This document shows, one piece after another, positions 43,267 through 52,670 of a stretch of DNA of 64,000 bases. Positions within the stretch are counted from its first letter, which is position 1. Every line of letters starts with the position of its first letter. The stretch comes from Anaerolineaceae bacterium (lineage in GTDB: Bacteria > Chloroflexota > Anaerolineae > Anaerolineales > Anaerolineaceae), in assembly GCA_016841525.1 (NCBI GenBank), contig JAENYZ010000006.1:180509-244508 (forward strand), read 5' to 3'. Under the pieces are notes generated by a model, which was not told where the DNA came from, searched no databases, and saw only the letters and a list, made by a program, of their open reading frames with translations. Position numbers and translations under genes: made by a program.

Positions 43267-44685
43267 TTAAGGGAATTCTTGTGAAAGCCAGGTCATGGGA
43301 TTCACAGGTGTTCCCGAAATATCTATTTCAAAATGAAGGTGCGGTCCAGCAGAGCGCCCAGTATTCCCAATTTGGCCAAGCAAATCACCTGGTTGGACAA
43401 AGTCACCCACTGAAACATTAAATTCAGACATATGCCAGTATCCAGAAAATACACCCCAGCCATGATCAATTAAAATCGCTTTTCCTTTGATAGTTAATTC
43501 CTCTGCCAGAACAACTTTCCCGGCAGCAGGGGCGTAGATGTTCAAATTCGGGGCACAAACACCGAAATCCATACCTGTATGGTAGAAAAACAAACCCCCG
43601 TTATTATAATCTCGTCGCTGGCCAAATTGACTATTTATACAGGGCTCATCCACTGGATATTGAAAAAGTCCATCCCAATATCTTTCGGGAGTGAATTTAT
43701 TGAGAATTTGATAAAGATATTCATCTTCTTCTCGGATTACGGTTTCATCTAGGTAATCCTCAGGAACATTAACCCATTCATTACCATAACCACCGGCTTC
43801 AAGAAGGACAAGCTGCTCAAATGTAGAAGTGCTCCCATCTTCTGAAGTTAAAATAATTTTAAGTGGATAAGCTGCAGGTTCTTCCAATGCATGAATGCCA
43901 AGAAAACTATAATAAGTTTCTCCATCTTCTGTAAAGAAATGTAATTCCTTATCATTGAAAGTGCCTGAAAATTCACTTGGTGTGCTGGAAATTATTTCTA
44001 GCTGTAATGTCTCTCCCTGGATGATGGGGAGGTTGTTGAATGAAATTGCTGATACATTTGGTATTGGGCTTTGGTCTGCTGTAACTTCTGCAGAAATAAA
44101 AAATTGTTCACCAGGAAGAATATCCCAACTGCCAGACAACTGGTTATTTGGCAGGGTTTCCCATTGAGAAATGCCAGTTCGGATTGCGTATTCAAGGATT
44201 GTTTCATCCACAGCGGCAGTATGTGCTGAAGATTTTGTTGGTTTGGATTCGTCGATAGGAATGATGAATGTCTGCCCGGCAATGGCTTCTGAGGGACTGG
44301 AAAGCTTGTTGAGAAAAATAAGATCCGCTGCTTTGCTTCCATATTGCCGGGACAAACCAAGCAGGGAGGTGCCATATTGAAGGACTTGGGAGGTTAATAA
44401 TCCGGAAATACCCTCTAAACCCGGGATGATAAGCTGCTGGTTTATGTTCAATGCATTTGGATCAGTAATGCCATTTGCTGATTGGATATCCTCAGCTGAA
44501 ACGCCAAACCTGAGGGCAATGGTATTCAGTGTGTCTCCTGGCTGGACGATATACACAGGGCCATTCTCTTGATTTCGCCCACTTGCAGCAGCCGGGAGTG
44601 TTGAAGTGCCAAAAAAGAGAACAAGTAGAATTACGCTTGCAATGTATTTTAATTTATTTTTGTAATTATTCATCAAAAAACTCAT
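43267..44685 (-). CDS. Secreted LysM-domain M23 metalloendopeptidase
   Basis: Signal peptide. LysM YIVQPGDTLNTIALRFGVSAEDI. M23 motifs HTGMDF and GNTGRSAGPHLHFE. Confidence 0.85.
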   Translation of the reverse strand: MSFLMNNYKNKLKYIASVILLVLFFGTSTLPAAASGRNQENGPVYIVQPGDTLNTIALRFGVSAEDIQSANGITDPNALNINQQLIIPGLEGISGLLTSQVLQYGTSLLGLSRQYGSKAADLIFLNKLSSPSEAIAGQTFIIPIDESKPTKSSAHTAAVDETILEYAIRTGISQWETLPNNQLSGSWDILPGEQFFISAEVTADQSPIPNVSAISFNNLPIIQGETLQLEIISSTPSEFSGTFNDKELHFFTEDGETYYSFLGIHALEEPAAYPLKIILTSEDGSTSTFEQLVLLEAGGYGNEWVNVPEDYLDETVIREEDEYLYQILNKFTPERYWDGLFQYPVDEPCINSQFGQRRDYNNGGLFFYHTGMDFGVCAPNLNIYAPAAGKVVLAEELTIKGKAILIDHGWGVFSGYWHMSEFNVSVGDFVQPGDLLGQIGNTGRSAGPHLHFEIDISGTPVNPMTWLSQEFP

Positions 44686-44794
44686 AAAAACCCTTTATGA
44701 TTCGCCTGAAGCTGAAGTAGAATAAGGGAACATTTAGCAATATTCAAGTAACAAGTTTACCATAGCCACATTAAGAAGGGAAAGGAATCACAAC

Positions 44795-45559
44795 GTGAAA
44801 ATCACAACCTGGAATGTCAACGGTTATCGTGCGATACTGAGGAAAGAGGCACTGACATGGGTGGAAAGTATCAAACCCGATGTTCTATGTTTGCAAGAAA
44901 CAAAATTGCAATTGGACCAGATCAACGATGATGAAGCTAGTTTGGACGGGTATGAGGCTGTATGGAACTCTGCCGAAAGAAAGGGGTACAGCGGTGTTGT
45001 AACTTTTCATAAAAAAGCACCGGTTTCTGTTGAAAAAGGATTAGGCTTCGAAGAATTTGATAATGAAGGTCGGGTAATTCGAACGATTTATGAAGATTTC
45101 ACCCTTTTCAATATTTATTTCCCTAATGGTGGACAGGATAATAAGCGGGTGCCTTATAAACTTGATTTTTACGAAAAGCTTCTGAATATTTGTGATGATT
45201 TACACGATAAAGGCGAAAACATCATCATTACCGGTGATTTCAATACCGCTCACAATGAAATCGACCTGAAAAATCCAAAATCAAATGAAAAAAATACGGG
45301 TTTCCTTCCGGAGGAGAGGGTATGGATTGACAAATATCTGGAGCATAATTTTGTTGATGCATTCCGGGAACTTTATCCGGAACGTGAAGATTATACCTGG
45401 TGGAGTTACCGTTATAATGCTCGGTCAAAGGATATTGGCTGGCGATTGGATTATTTCCTGGTTTCGCAACAGTTGATGAACAGGGTTGAAGATGTGGTCA
45501 TTCACAACGAGATCATGGGCTCTGACCACTGTCCGGTAAGTCTGATCCTCTTAGGTTAG
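44795..45559 (+). CDS. xth: Exodeoxyribonuclease III
   Basis: GTG start. KITTWNVNG, LCLQETK, GDFNTAH and SDHCPV. Confidence 0.9.
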   Translation: MKITTWNVNGYRAILRKEALTWVESIKPDVLCLQETKLQLDQINDDEASLDGYEAVWNSAERKGYSGVVTFHKKAPVSVEKGLGFEEFDNEGRVIRTIYEDFTLFNIYFPNGGQDNKRVPYKLDFYEKLLNICDDLHDKGENIIITGDFNTAHNEIDLKNPKSNEKNTGFLPEERVWIDKYLEHNFVDAFRELYPEREDYTWWSYRYNARSKDIGWRLDYFLVSQQLMNRVEDVVIHNEIMGSDHCPVSLILLG

Positions 45560-45571
45560 TCATTAAAAAAC

Positions 45572-45606
45572 AAAAGGCGTTGGTCAAAATAGCCAACGCC
45601 TTTTTT
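45572..45606. terminator. Bidirectional terminator between xth and gcvPB
   Basis: aaaa-ggcgttgg-tcaaaatag-ccaacgcc-tttttt. Confidence 0.8.
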
Positions 45607-45622
45607 GATACATGATTTAGTT

Positions 45623-47080
45623 TTATTCAGGTATCCAACAGCACAAGACCAGGTCTCGGGCAGCCTTGACCTCGTCACAGCGACGGATGGGGGTGGTGAA
45701 AGGTGCGCCATGAAGCAGTTCTGGTTTTTCCCGAGCTTCTTTTGCAATTGACTTCAATGCAGAAGCAAAAGTATCCAAAGTGTCTTTATTTTCGGTCTCG
45801 GTTGGTTCTATCATCAGCGCTTCATGCACAATTAAGGGGAAATAGTTTGTCGGCGGGTGGAAGCCATAATCCATCAACCGTTTGCTAATGTCCAGTGCAT
45901 GGACATCGGGGATGTCCTCCCAGGCACCTTCGACAACAAATTCATGCATGCAAGTGCGATCATAAGGTAGGGTATAGTCCTGCTTGACTTTAGCCATCAA
46001 ATAGTTGGCGTTCAAGACTGCTTTTTCAGCGATGTCACGCAGACCTTTGGTGCCGTGCATGGCAATATAGGTGTATGCACGAATGTGCACCCCAAAGTGC
46101 CCGTAAAATGATTTCATTCGCCCTATCGAAAGCTTTGGCTCATAAAAATCAAACAAAGGCGGCGTTCCATCGTCTCCTTCTTCGACAATCGTCACAATTG
46201 GGCTTGGGAGATATTCTGCTAAGTGTTCTGCTACACCCACAGGCCCTGAACCAGGTCCGCCACCGCCGTGGGGGGTCGAAAAAGTCTTGTGTAAATTGAA
46301 GTGCATGATGTCAAACCCGACATCACCAGGCCTGATAATACCAAGCAAAGCATTGAGGTTGGCACCATCACCATAAACCAGTCCACCAGCCTCATGGACC
46401 AGGCGGATAACTTCTTCAACATTTTCATCAAATAACCCGAGGGTGTTCGGATTGGTCAGCATTAAGCCTGCCAAGGTCTCATCACATTCATTTTTTAAAG
46501 CTTCAATATCGACATTGCCGCGTTCATCCGAAGGCAGGGGGATGACATTAAAGCCACTCATCGATGAGGTCGCGGGATTTGTACCGTGAGCTGAGTCAGG
46601 TATCAAGATCTTAACGCGTTTGTCGTTTTTATTGATTTGGTGATACTTCTTAATGATCAACGCACCAACAAGCTCACCCTGGGCACCTGCTGCAGGTGAT
46701 AAGCTCACACGATAAAAACCACTGATTTCTTGTAAAAACTCTTGAAGCGTGTGCATCAAGTACAGATTTCCCTGAACTGTAATGCTTGGCTGAAGAGGGT
46801 GTGTATGGGCTAACCCTGGCAGGCGTGCAACTTCCTCGTTGATTTTTGGGTTGTATTTCATTGTGCAGGATCCCAAAGGATAAAATCCGCCGTCAATCGA
46901 GTAGTTCAATTTCGAGAGATTTGTGAAATGTCTGATAACATCCAGTTCTGATAGCTCTGGTAAATTGATCTCGGTTCGTAAAAAGGCATCTGGAAGCGCC
47001 TGTACAGGTACATCAGGTTCGGGGAATCGAACACCTTGGCGACCAGGCTGTGATAATTCGTAAATCGTTTTCTCAGTCAT
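45623..47080 (-). CDS. gcvPB: Glycine dehydrogenase (aminomethyl-transferring) subunit 2
   Basis: Full-length GcvPB-like sequence, including the PLP-lysine region FNLHKTFSTPHGGGGPG. Confidence 0.9.
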   Translation of the reverse strand: MTEKTIYELSQPGRQGVRFPEPDVPVQALPDAFLRTEINLPELSELDVIRHFTNLSKLNYSIDGGFYPLGSCTMKYNPKINEEVARLPGLAHTHPLQPSITVQGNLYLMHTLQEFLQEISGFYRVSLSPAAGAQGELVGALIIKKYHQINKNDKRVKILIPDSAHGTNPATSSMSGFNVIPLPSDERGNVDIEALKNECDETLAGLMLTNPNTLGLFDENVEEVIRLVHEAGGLVYGDGANLNALLGIIRPGDVGFDIMHFNLHKTFSTPHGGGGPGSGPVGVAEHLAEYLPSPIVTIVEEGDDGTPPLFDFYEPKLSIGRMKSFYGHFGVHIRAYTYIAMHGTKGLRDIAEKAVLNANYLMAKVKQDYTLPYDRTCMHEFVVEGAWEDIPDVHALDISKRLMDYGFHPPTNYFPLIVHEALMIEPTETENKDTLDTFASALKSIAKEAREKPELLHGAPFTTPIRRCDEVKAARDLVLCCWIPE

Positions 47081-48428
47081 GATTTACCTCTTTCAGCGCT
47101 TCAACAAATTCATCGATGTCATATTTTGAGATTTTCTCAGTAACGGCGATCAGTATATGATTTTGCATTTCTGGGTATGTCTCGCTCAGGTCATAACCTG
47201 CAAGGATCCAGTGTTCCTGCAAGTGATGAATTATATCAGCTGCTGGTTTTGGCGTTTTTATGACAAATTCGTGGAAGAAAGGTGTTTCTGGAAAAGCTAA
47301 TTCATATCCGGGCAAATCTGTAATCTGCTCAGCCGCGTAGTGGGCTTTTTGATAACAAAGATTTGCGACTTGTTTGAACCCGGATTTTCCAAGCAGGCTC
47401 AAGTAAACAGCCGCAGCCAGCGCCATTAAGCCCTGGTTGGTGCAAATATTTGAAGTTGACTTTTCCCTGCGTATGTGCTGTTCTCTGGCAGTAAGTGTCA
47501 GGACATAAGCGCGCTGACCTTCTTCATCCTCTGTTTCGCCGACTAAACGACCGGCTAATTTTCTGACGTATTTTTGCTTAGTTGTAAAGATGCCCAAATA
47601 CGGACCGCCATAGGAAAGGGGGATACCTAAGGGCTGACCATCGCCAACAGCGATGTCGACATCAAATTCTCCTGGTGGTTTCAATAAACCAAGGGCAGTG
47701 GGATTGAAGACAAAAGCAACTAGCGCCCCTTCTTGATGTGCAATTTCCACCAAATTCGTATAGTCGATTATCCTGCCAAAGAAATCCGGGTATTGGACAA
47801 TAACAATGGCCGTGTTATTATCAATTTTATCGATAAAACTTTGCATTTCCGCATCAAAGCCTGTCACAGCATCGTCACCTTCAACCAGTACATCATCCAA
47901 ACCTTGCATATAGGTACGGATTGTCTCTCTGTATTGCGGGTTGACAGCTCTGGAGACAAGAACTTTCTTTCTTTTTCCTCTGAAGAAATGGTATGCAAGG
48001 TTAGCAGCCTCTGCGGCAGCCGTTGCACCATCATAATGAGAGGCGTTGCTGATATCCATGCCTGTTAATTCTGCCATCAGCGATTGAAACTCGAATATTG
48101 CCTGAAGTGTGCCTTGGGAAACTTCGGGTTGGTAGGGGGTGTACGCAGTGTAAAATTCACCACGTCTGAGCAGCATATCAACTGCGGCTGGAATGTAGTG
48201 ATTATATGCACCTGCACCTAAGAAGGATACAAAATCATCTGTAGATGCATTTGCTGAGGCTATTTCTTGCAATTCAGAAGATGCTTCCATCTCAGTCAAT
48301 GCTTCAGGAAGATCAAGTTCCGGAAAACGGTGACGCTCCGGAACTTTTACAAAAAGATCTTCGATTGTATTGACCCCGATCACCCTCAGCATCTCCTCAA
48401 TTTCTTGGGGGGTATGAGGTGTATACAT
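47073..48428 (-). CDS. gcvPA: Glycine dehydrogenase (aminomethyl-transferring) subunit 1
   Basis: GAGAYNHYIPAAV..YTPYQPEVSQGTLQ. An 8-nt overlap with gcvPB. Confidence 0.9.
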   Translation of the reverse strand: MYTPHTPQEIEEMLRVIGVNTIEDLFVKVPERHRFPELDLPEALTEMEASSELQEIASANASTDDFVSFLGAGAYNHYIPAAVDMLLRRGEFYTAYTPYQPEVSQGTLQAIFEFQSLMAELTGMDISNASHYDGATAAAEAANLAYHFFRGKRKKVLVSRAVNPQYRETIRTYMQGLDDVLVEGDDAVTGFDAEMQSFIDKIDNNTAIVIVQYPDFFGRIIDYTNLVEIAHQEGALVAFVFNPTALGLLKPPGEFDVDIAVGDGQPLGIPLSYGGPYLGIFTTKQKYVRKLAGRLVGETEDEEGQRAYVLTLTAREQHIRREKSTSNICTNQGLMALAAAVYLSLLGKSGFKQVANLCYQKAHYAAEQITDLPGYELAFPETPFFHEFVIKTPKPAADIIHHLQEHWILAGYDLSETYPEMQNHILIAVTEKISKYDIDEFVEALKEVNHD

Positions 48429-48430
48429 GA

Positions 48431-48820
48431 TTACTCGCGATCTGCGTTGTAAGCTTCGTATTCGGATGCGGTCATGAGGTCGTCCAGCTCAGATGTATCA
48501 TCCAGTTTTATCCTGACAAGCCAGGCTTTTTCATAAGGATCACTGTTTAAGAGTTCCGGGGCATCAGCCAGATCTTCATTTACTGCAAGGATTTCACCTG
48601 AAGCAGGAAATATGACATCTGCAGCCGCTTTTACAGATTCAACAGTTGCTACGGTGTCACCTTTGTTGACTGCATCACCTTCATCAATCATGAATTCGAC
48701 ATAAACAACATCTGACAACTGGTCCTGAGCAAAATCAGAAATTCCAATTGTTGCTTCATCGCCATCCAACTTGACCCATTCATCAGTTCTTGCGTACTTT
48801 AATCCATCGGGTGTTTTCAT
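48431..48820 (-). CDS. gcvH: Glycine cleavage system protein H
   Basis: Lipoyl-lysine motif VESVKAA. YARTDEWV. Confidence 0.9.
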   Translation of the reverse strand: MKTPDGLKYARTDEWVKLDGDEATIGISDFAQDQLSDVVYVEFMIDEGDAVNKGDTVATVESVKAAADVIFPASGEILAVNEDLADAPELLNSDPYEKAWLVRIKLDDTSELDDLMTASEYEAYNADRE

Positions 48821-48912
48821 AAGGGCCTCCTTATATTAAATTATTTTGACAGTAAAAAATGGGGTCCTCTGTCAGGCGTTATTTCTTCTGCATGTTCAGA
48901 GGTGTCTGTTTA

Positions 48913-48990
48913 ATGGGTCTCCTTTACCTGAGAGTTTCAGCTTATTGCCTTGCCCCTTCGGTGCCGAGTAAAAACGCGGTCTCTTCCCAT
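48913..48990 (-). promoter_or_regulatory. Glycine riboswitch, single aptamer
   Basis: The minus-strand RNA is AUGGGAAGAGACCGCG..CUCGGCACCGAAGGGGCAAGGC..AAACUCUCAGGUAAAGGAGACCCAU. P1 pairs AUGGG with CCCAU. The conserved GGAGA, CACCGAAGGGGCAA and CUCAGGNAAAGGA blocks are present. A U6 tract lies downstream at about 48856-48861. Confidence 0.85.
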
Positions 48991-49013
48991 TAACATCTAA
49001 CTTTTGTAATTTG

Positions 49014-49042
49014 ATTTTAAAACCACCCCTATTAATTGTCAA
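49014..49042 (-). promoter_or_regulatory. Sigma-70-like promoter for the glycine riboswitch and gcvH-PA-PB
   Basis: Minus strand reads TTGACA (49037-49042), a 17-nt spacer, then TAAAAT (49014-49019). Confidence 0.65.
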
Positions 49043-49080
49043 GGAACTTTGATCAAGGTGAGTCAGAACTACAATAGTGC

Positions 49081-50898
49081 TTATTTTTTAACATATTTTT
49101 TGGTTTCTTCGACATATTCCAGGGACTGATGTCGGAAGTAGGTGTTATATAATTCTGAATAATGTTCGCCTTGCTCCATCAAGAAATCATGACTGCCCTC
49201 TTCAATGATGTCGCCATTTCTCATCACTAATATTCGATCAGCAGAACGGACCGTAGATAAGCGATGGGCAATCAATATGCTGGTTGTTTCTGAGAGGATC
49301 ATGTCCAGCGCAGTCTGAATTTGAGTCTCGGTGAAAGGATCAATGCTTGCTGTTGCTTCATCAAGGATGAAAATTGAGGGTTTTTGTATTAAAACGCGCA
49401 TCAATGCCACAAGCTGCCGCTGCCCCATAGACAGTTGTGAACCACGTTCGCCAACCTGGGTATCCAAACCATTGGGTAAAGCTTCAAGCCACTCGCCATC
49501 GCCAATTTTCCTACCGATATTGAGGATTTCTTCACGACTGCATTTCGGACAGCCGTATTGGATATTTTCTTGAACTGTCCCTGAAAATAAGAATGGCACC
49601 TGGGAAACAATGCCCATATGTCTTCGAAGAGAAACAAGATCAAAGTCACGAATATCAATATTATCTATGTAGATTTCACCGCTTTGAAACTCGTAAAATC
49701 TCGCAATGAGCCTGCCAATCGATGTTTTCCCAGCCCCAGTATGTCCAACAAGGGCTAGTGTTTCACCTGGTTCAATGGGGAGTGTGAAATCTTTCAATAC
49801 TGCTTCTTCAGAGGTGTAACTGAAGTCGACGTTGATCATATCAATTCGCCCCTGTAAATCTTTGGGAACGATTGAGTCATTTTGAATAACAGAGTGTTCC
49901 GCATCGATCAGGGCAAAAATGCGTTCAGCTGCTGAAAAACCAGTCTGAACGTTGGTCCAGAAAGAAGAAATGCTCATTACTGGCATTAAAAACCGGTCAA
50001 GCGTTGAAAGGAATAGATACCAGGCGCCAGCTGAAACGAAACCTTCGAGAACAGTCATAGCACCAAAATAGATCATTAATGCAGTTGCAATACCGCCGAT
50101 TGTACGTAATACAGGAAAAACGACAGATAGGATTAAACCCCGCTTGATATTTACCTTGTATGAAGTCTGATTGGCTTCATCAAATTCCTCGTAAATTTTG
50201 TCTTCTTGTCGAAAATTCTTGGCGATTGCAATCCCGCTGATAGTTTCCTTAATGGTCGAGTTGACATTTGCCATTGCGCGCATACCGTCTCTGGTCACCT
50301 GGCGAGCGGCATGCCGATATTGCATCACAAGGTAGAAGATGATTGGAATGAGCAGAAAAACAGCTAAAGCTAATCGCCACTCGGTTTGCAGCAATACTAC
50401 AGCGAGGATGACAGATGTAATCAACTGCATGAAAACATCTGTTGAAAGGGTGATTAGCTGACCAAATTCACGTGTATCGGAAGTAATCCGAGAAACTATT
50501 TTCCCTGATTGAAAGTGGTCATGGAAAGAAAGGTCCTGCCTGACCGACGCTTGAAAGGCATCAGTGGCGAGTTCTCGAATGAGTTCCGCAATGGTTCTTG
50601 CAGAATAACGTCTTCTCAACAGATTTGTGAACCAACTCATCACTCCCAGGAGAAGGATGATGCCTGACAAGGTGAAGACGTACTTGTTTGTAATTGTTTC
50701 CTGCGTTACACGATCCAAACCATTGGCGACAATCACGGGTATATATGCTTCGATAACTGAATGAAGGACAATTGATGTGCCAATAATGATCAACCTTTTG
50801 GATTGATTCTTGAAATAATCAAAAATTCTACTGATCAGCTTTCTGTCAGAATACTGTCGATCATATTTTTCTGCGGCTAAACCTGAAAAGAAACCCAT
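49081..50898 (-). CDS. ABC exporter half-transporter (TMD-NBD), consensus-site subunit
   Basis: Six TM helices plus an NBD: GHTGAGKTS, atypical signature LSMGQRQL and Walker B ILDEATASID with the catalytic Glu. Confidence 0.85.
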   Translation of the reverse strand: MGFFSGLAAEKYDRQYSDRKLISRIFDYFKNQSKRLIIIGTSIVLHSVIEAYIPVIVANGLDRVTQETITNKYVFTLSGIILLLGVMSWFTNLLRRRYSARTIAELIRELATDAFQASVRQDLSFHDHFQSGKIVSRITSDTREFGQLITLSTDVFMQLITSVILAVVLLQTEWRLALAVFLLIPIIFYLVMQYRHAARQVTRDGMRAMANVNSTIKETISGIAIAKNFRQEDKIYEEFDEANQTSYKVNIKRGLILSVVFPVLRTIGGIATALMIYFGAMTVLEGFVSAGAWYLFLSTLDRFLMPVMSISSFWTNVQTGFSAAERIFALIDAEHSVIQNDSIVPKDLQGRIDMINVDFSYTSEEAVLKDFTLPIEPGETLALVGHTGAGKTSIGRLIARFYEFQSGEIYIDNIDIRDFDLVSLRRHMGIVSQVPFLFSGTVQENIQYGCPKCSREEILNIGRKIGDGEWLEALPNGLDTQVGERGSQLSMGQRQLVALMRVLIQKPSIFILDEATASIDPFTETQIQTALDMILSETTSILIAHRLSTVRSADRILVMRNGDIIEEGSHDFLMEQGEHYSELYNTYFRHQSLEYVEETKKYVKK

Positions 50899-50900
50899 AA

Positions 50901-52670
50901 TTACTCGCTAAAGATTCTTTGATAAGATTTTGACTTCTCCATCAATTCTTCGTGACTGCCAACTGCTACAACTTCACCCTGACGCATTACAACGATTTGA
51001 TTTGCCCACCGAATTTGAGACAGCCGGTGTGTAATGATTAATGTGGTTCGTCCTTCTGCTGCTCTAAAAATGGCTTTTTGAATTTGATCTTCGGTTTCAC
51101 TATCAATAGCACTCGTGGAGTCGTCCAGAACCAAAATTCTTGGCGAGGTTAAAAATGCTCTTGCAAGGGCTAATCTCTGCCTTTGTCCCCCAGATAATGT
51201 TGCACCTCTTTCGCCAATGATGGTTTCATAACCGTCCCCAAAACTGGTGATAAAATCGTGTGCCTGTGCTTCTTTGGCTGCCCGGATCACTTCTTCTCTT
51301 GTTGCGTCTTGTTTTCCAAAGGCAATGTTTTCAGCAATGGAGCGGGAAAATAAGAAGACATCCTGTTCAATGATAGAAATTTGATTCCTTAGTTCCTCAA
51401 GATACCAGTCTCGAACATCAACACCATCCACCATCACTGCGCCTTTTTGGACATCAAATGTGCGATTAATTAGCTTTACTAAAGAAGTTTTTCCAGACCC
51501 GGTTTGGCCTACAATTGCCACAGTTTGGCCAGGTTCAATTTTCAGTGTGATATTTCTCAAGACTAGATCGCTGCTCTCATAGCCAAATTCAACATTTTTA
51601 AACTCAATAGCACCTTCAATTGCCTCGGCATAACCTTTGAGGTTCTGATCGAGATTATTTTCTGTTTTTAATAGTTCTAATATTCTTTCAGCGCCTGCTA
51701 AACCTAGAGAAATTTGAGAATAAGCAAACAGGGATACAAAAGTTGGGAACCCCAATAAGGATAATATACCAAAATAACCGATAACGTCTCCAATGTTGAT
51801 CTGCCCTTGCTTGAGTAAAAGGAGCGCGTGCATTAAGCCAACAGCCATTGTTATTGCTAATAGCAGCATGGGTAAGAAACGGCTCTCAATGTCACCTTGT
51901 TCGACCGAGACATCACGATAATCGATAGCATTTTGACGAAAATTATCGATTTCGCTATCTTCTTGCGCAGAACCTTTCACAATTTCAACGCCATCGATGG
52001 CCTCAGCAAGGCGGCTGTTCATAGCACCGAAAGTTTGACGAACTTTACTCGTGACCGGGTTGAGAATTGTTAAATAATGCCATAAAGCCAGGGCGTAAAG
52101 AATGATGAATGCTATTGGGGTTGCGATTAATGCAATGTGATATGTCGGCGCAACAAATAAAGGGATGAATAAGAAATTTAAGGAGCCAACAACGAGATTC
52201 AGTCCTGGGCTAAACATATAATTAACTTCACGTACATCGTTTGTTGCCCTCGCCATAAGGTCTCCAACCGATTGAAGGTTATGGAAGGTCATGCTTTTGC
52301 CCAGGAGGTTTACATATAATTCTTGCCGAACATACCTTTCGATATTTTGAGCGATGACCTCAAAACCAAAATTACGGCTGAATTGAAGAAAGCCTCTTAG
52401 TGTTTGTGAGAGACCAACAATCAAAGCAAATCGCCCTATTGTTGCCATGCTGGGATTGGGGTCCAATATTTCGTTAAAAGCCCGACCAATATACACAGGA
52501 ACGACCCCTGCAAGGGCTGCATTGCTGGTCGCACCAATCAGCGCGACAAGAATCCAAGCCCACTGGTGAATCGTATGAGATAAAATCCAGAGAATTTTTG
52601 TTTTTCTGTTTGTAGAATATTTTGTATCAAAACTGAATTCAGAAATGTTTTCAACGTTTTCTTGGGTCAT
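50901..52670 (-). CDS. ABC exporter half-transporter (TMD-NBD), degenerate-site subunit
   Basis: GQTGSGKTS and LSGGQRQR. Walker B LVLDDSTSAID has Asp in place of the catalytic Glu. Confidence 0.85.
   Translation of the reverse strand: MTQENVENISEFSFDTKYSTNRKTKILWILSHTIHQWAWILVALIGATSNAALAGVVPVYIGRAFNEILDPNPSMATIGRFALIVGLSQTLRGFLQFSRNFGFEVIAQNIERYVRQELYVNLLGKSMTFHNLQSVGDLMARATNDVREVNYMFSPGLNLVVGSLNFLFIPLFVAPTYHIALIATPIAFIILYALALWHYLTILNPVTSKVRQTFGAMNSRLAEAIDGVEIVKGSAQEDSEIDNFRQNAIDYRDVSVEQGDIESRFLPMLLLAITMAVGLMHALLLLKQGQINIGDVIGYFGILSLLGFPTFVSLFAYSQISLGLAGAERILELLKTENNLDQNLKGYAEAIEGAIEFKNVEFGYESSDLVLRNITLKIEPGQTVAIVGQTGSGKTSLVKLINRTFDVQKGAVMVDGVDVRDWYLEELRNQISIIEQDVFLFSRSIAENIAFGKQDATREEVIRAAKEAQAHDFITSFGDGYETIIGERGATLSGGQRQRLALARAFLTSPRILVLDDSTSAIDSETEDQIQKAIFRAAEGRTTLIITHRLSQIRWANQIVVMRQGEVVAVGSHEELMEKSKSYQRIFSE

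Noticed and set aside
45556-45747. A 63-aa minus-strand ORF spanning the xth/gcvPB intergenic region.
   Set aside because: It runs through the bidirectional terminator hairpin and overlaps the 3' end of gcvPB out of frame.
48840-48912. A second (tandem) glycine aptamer downstream of the first.
   Set aside because: There is no second GGAGA..CACCGAAGG(G/A)GCAA..CUC-GG-AAAGGA block. The segment looks like an expression platform ending in a U-tract.
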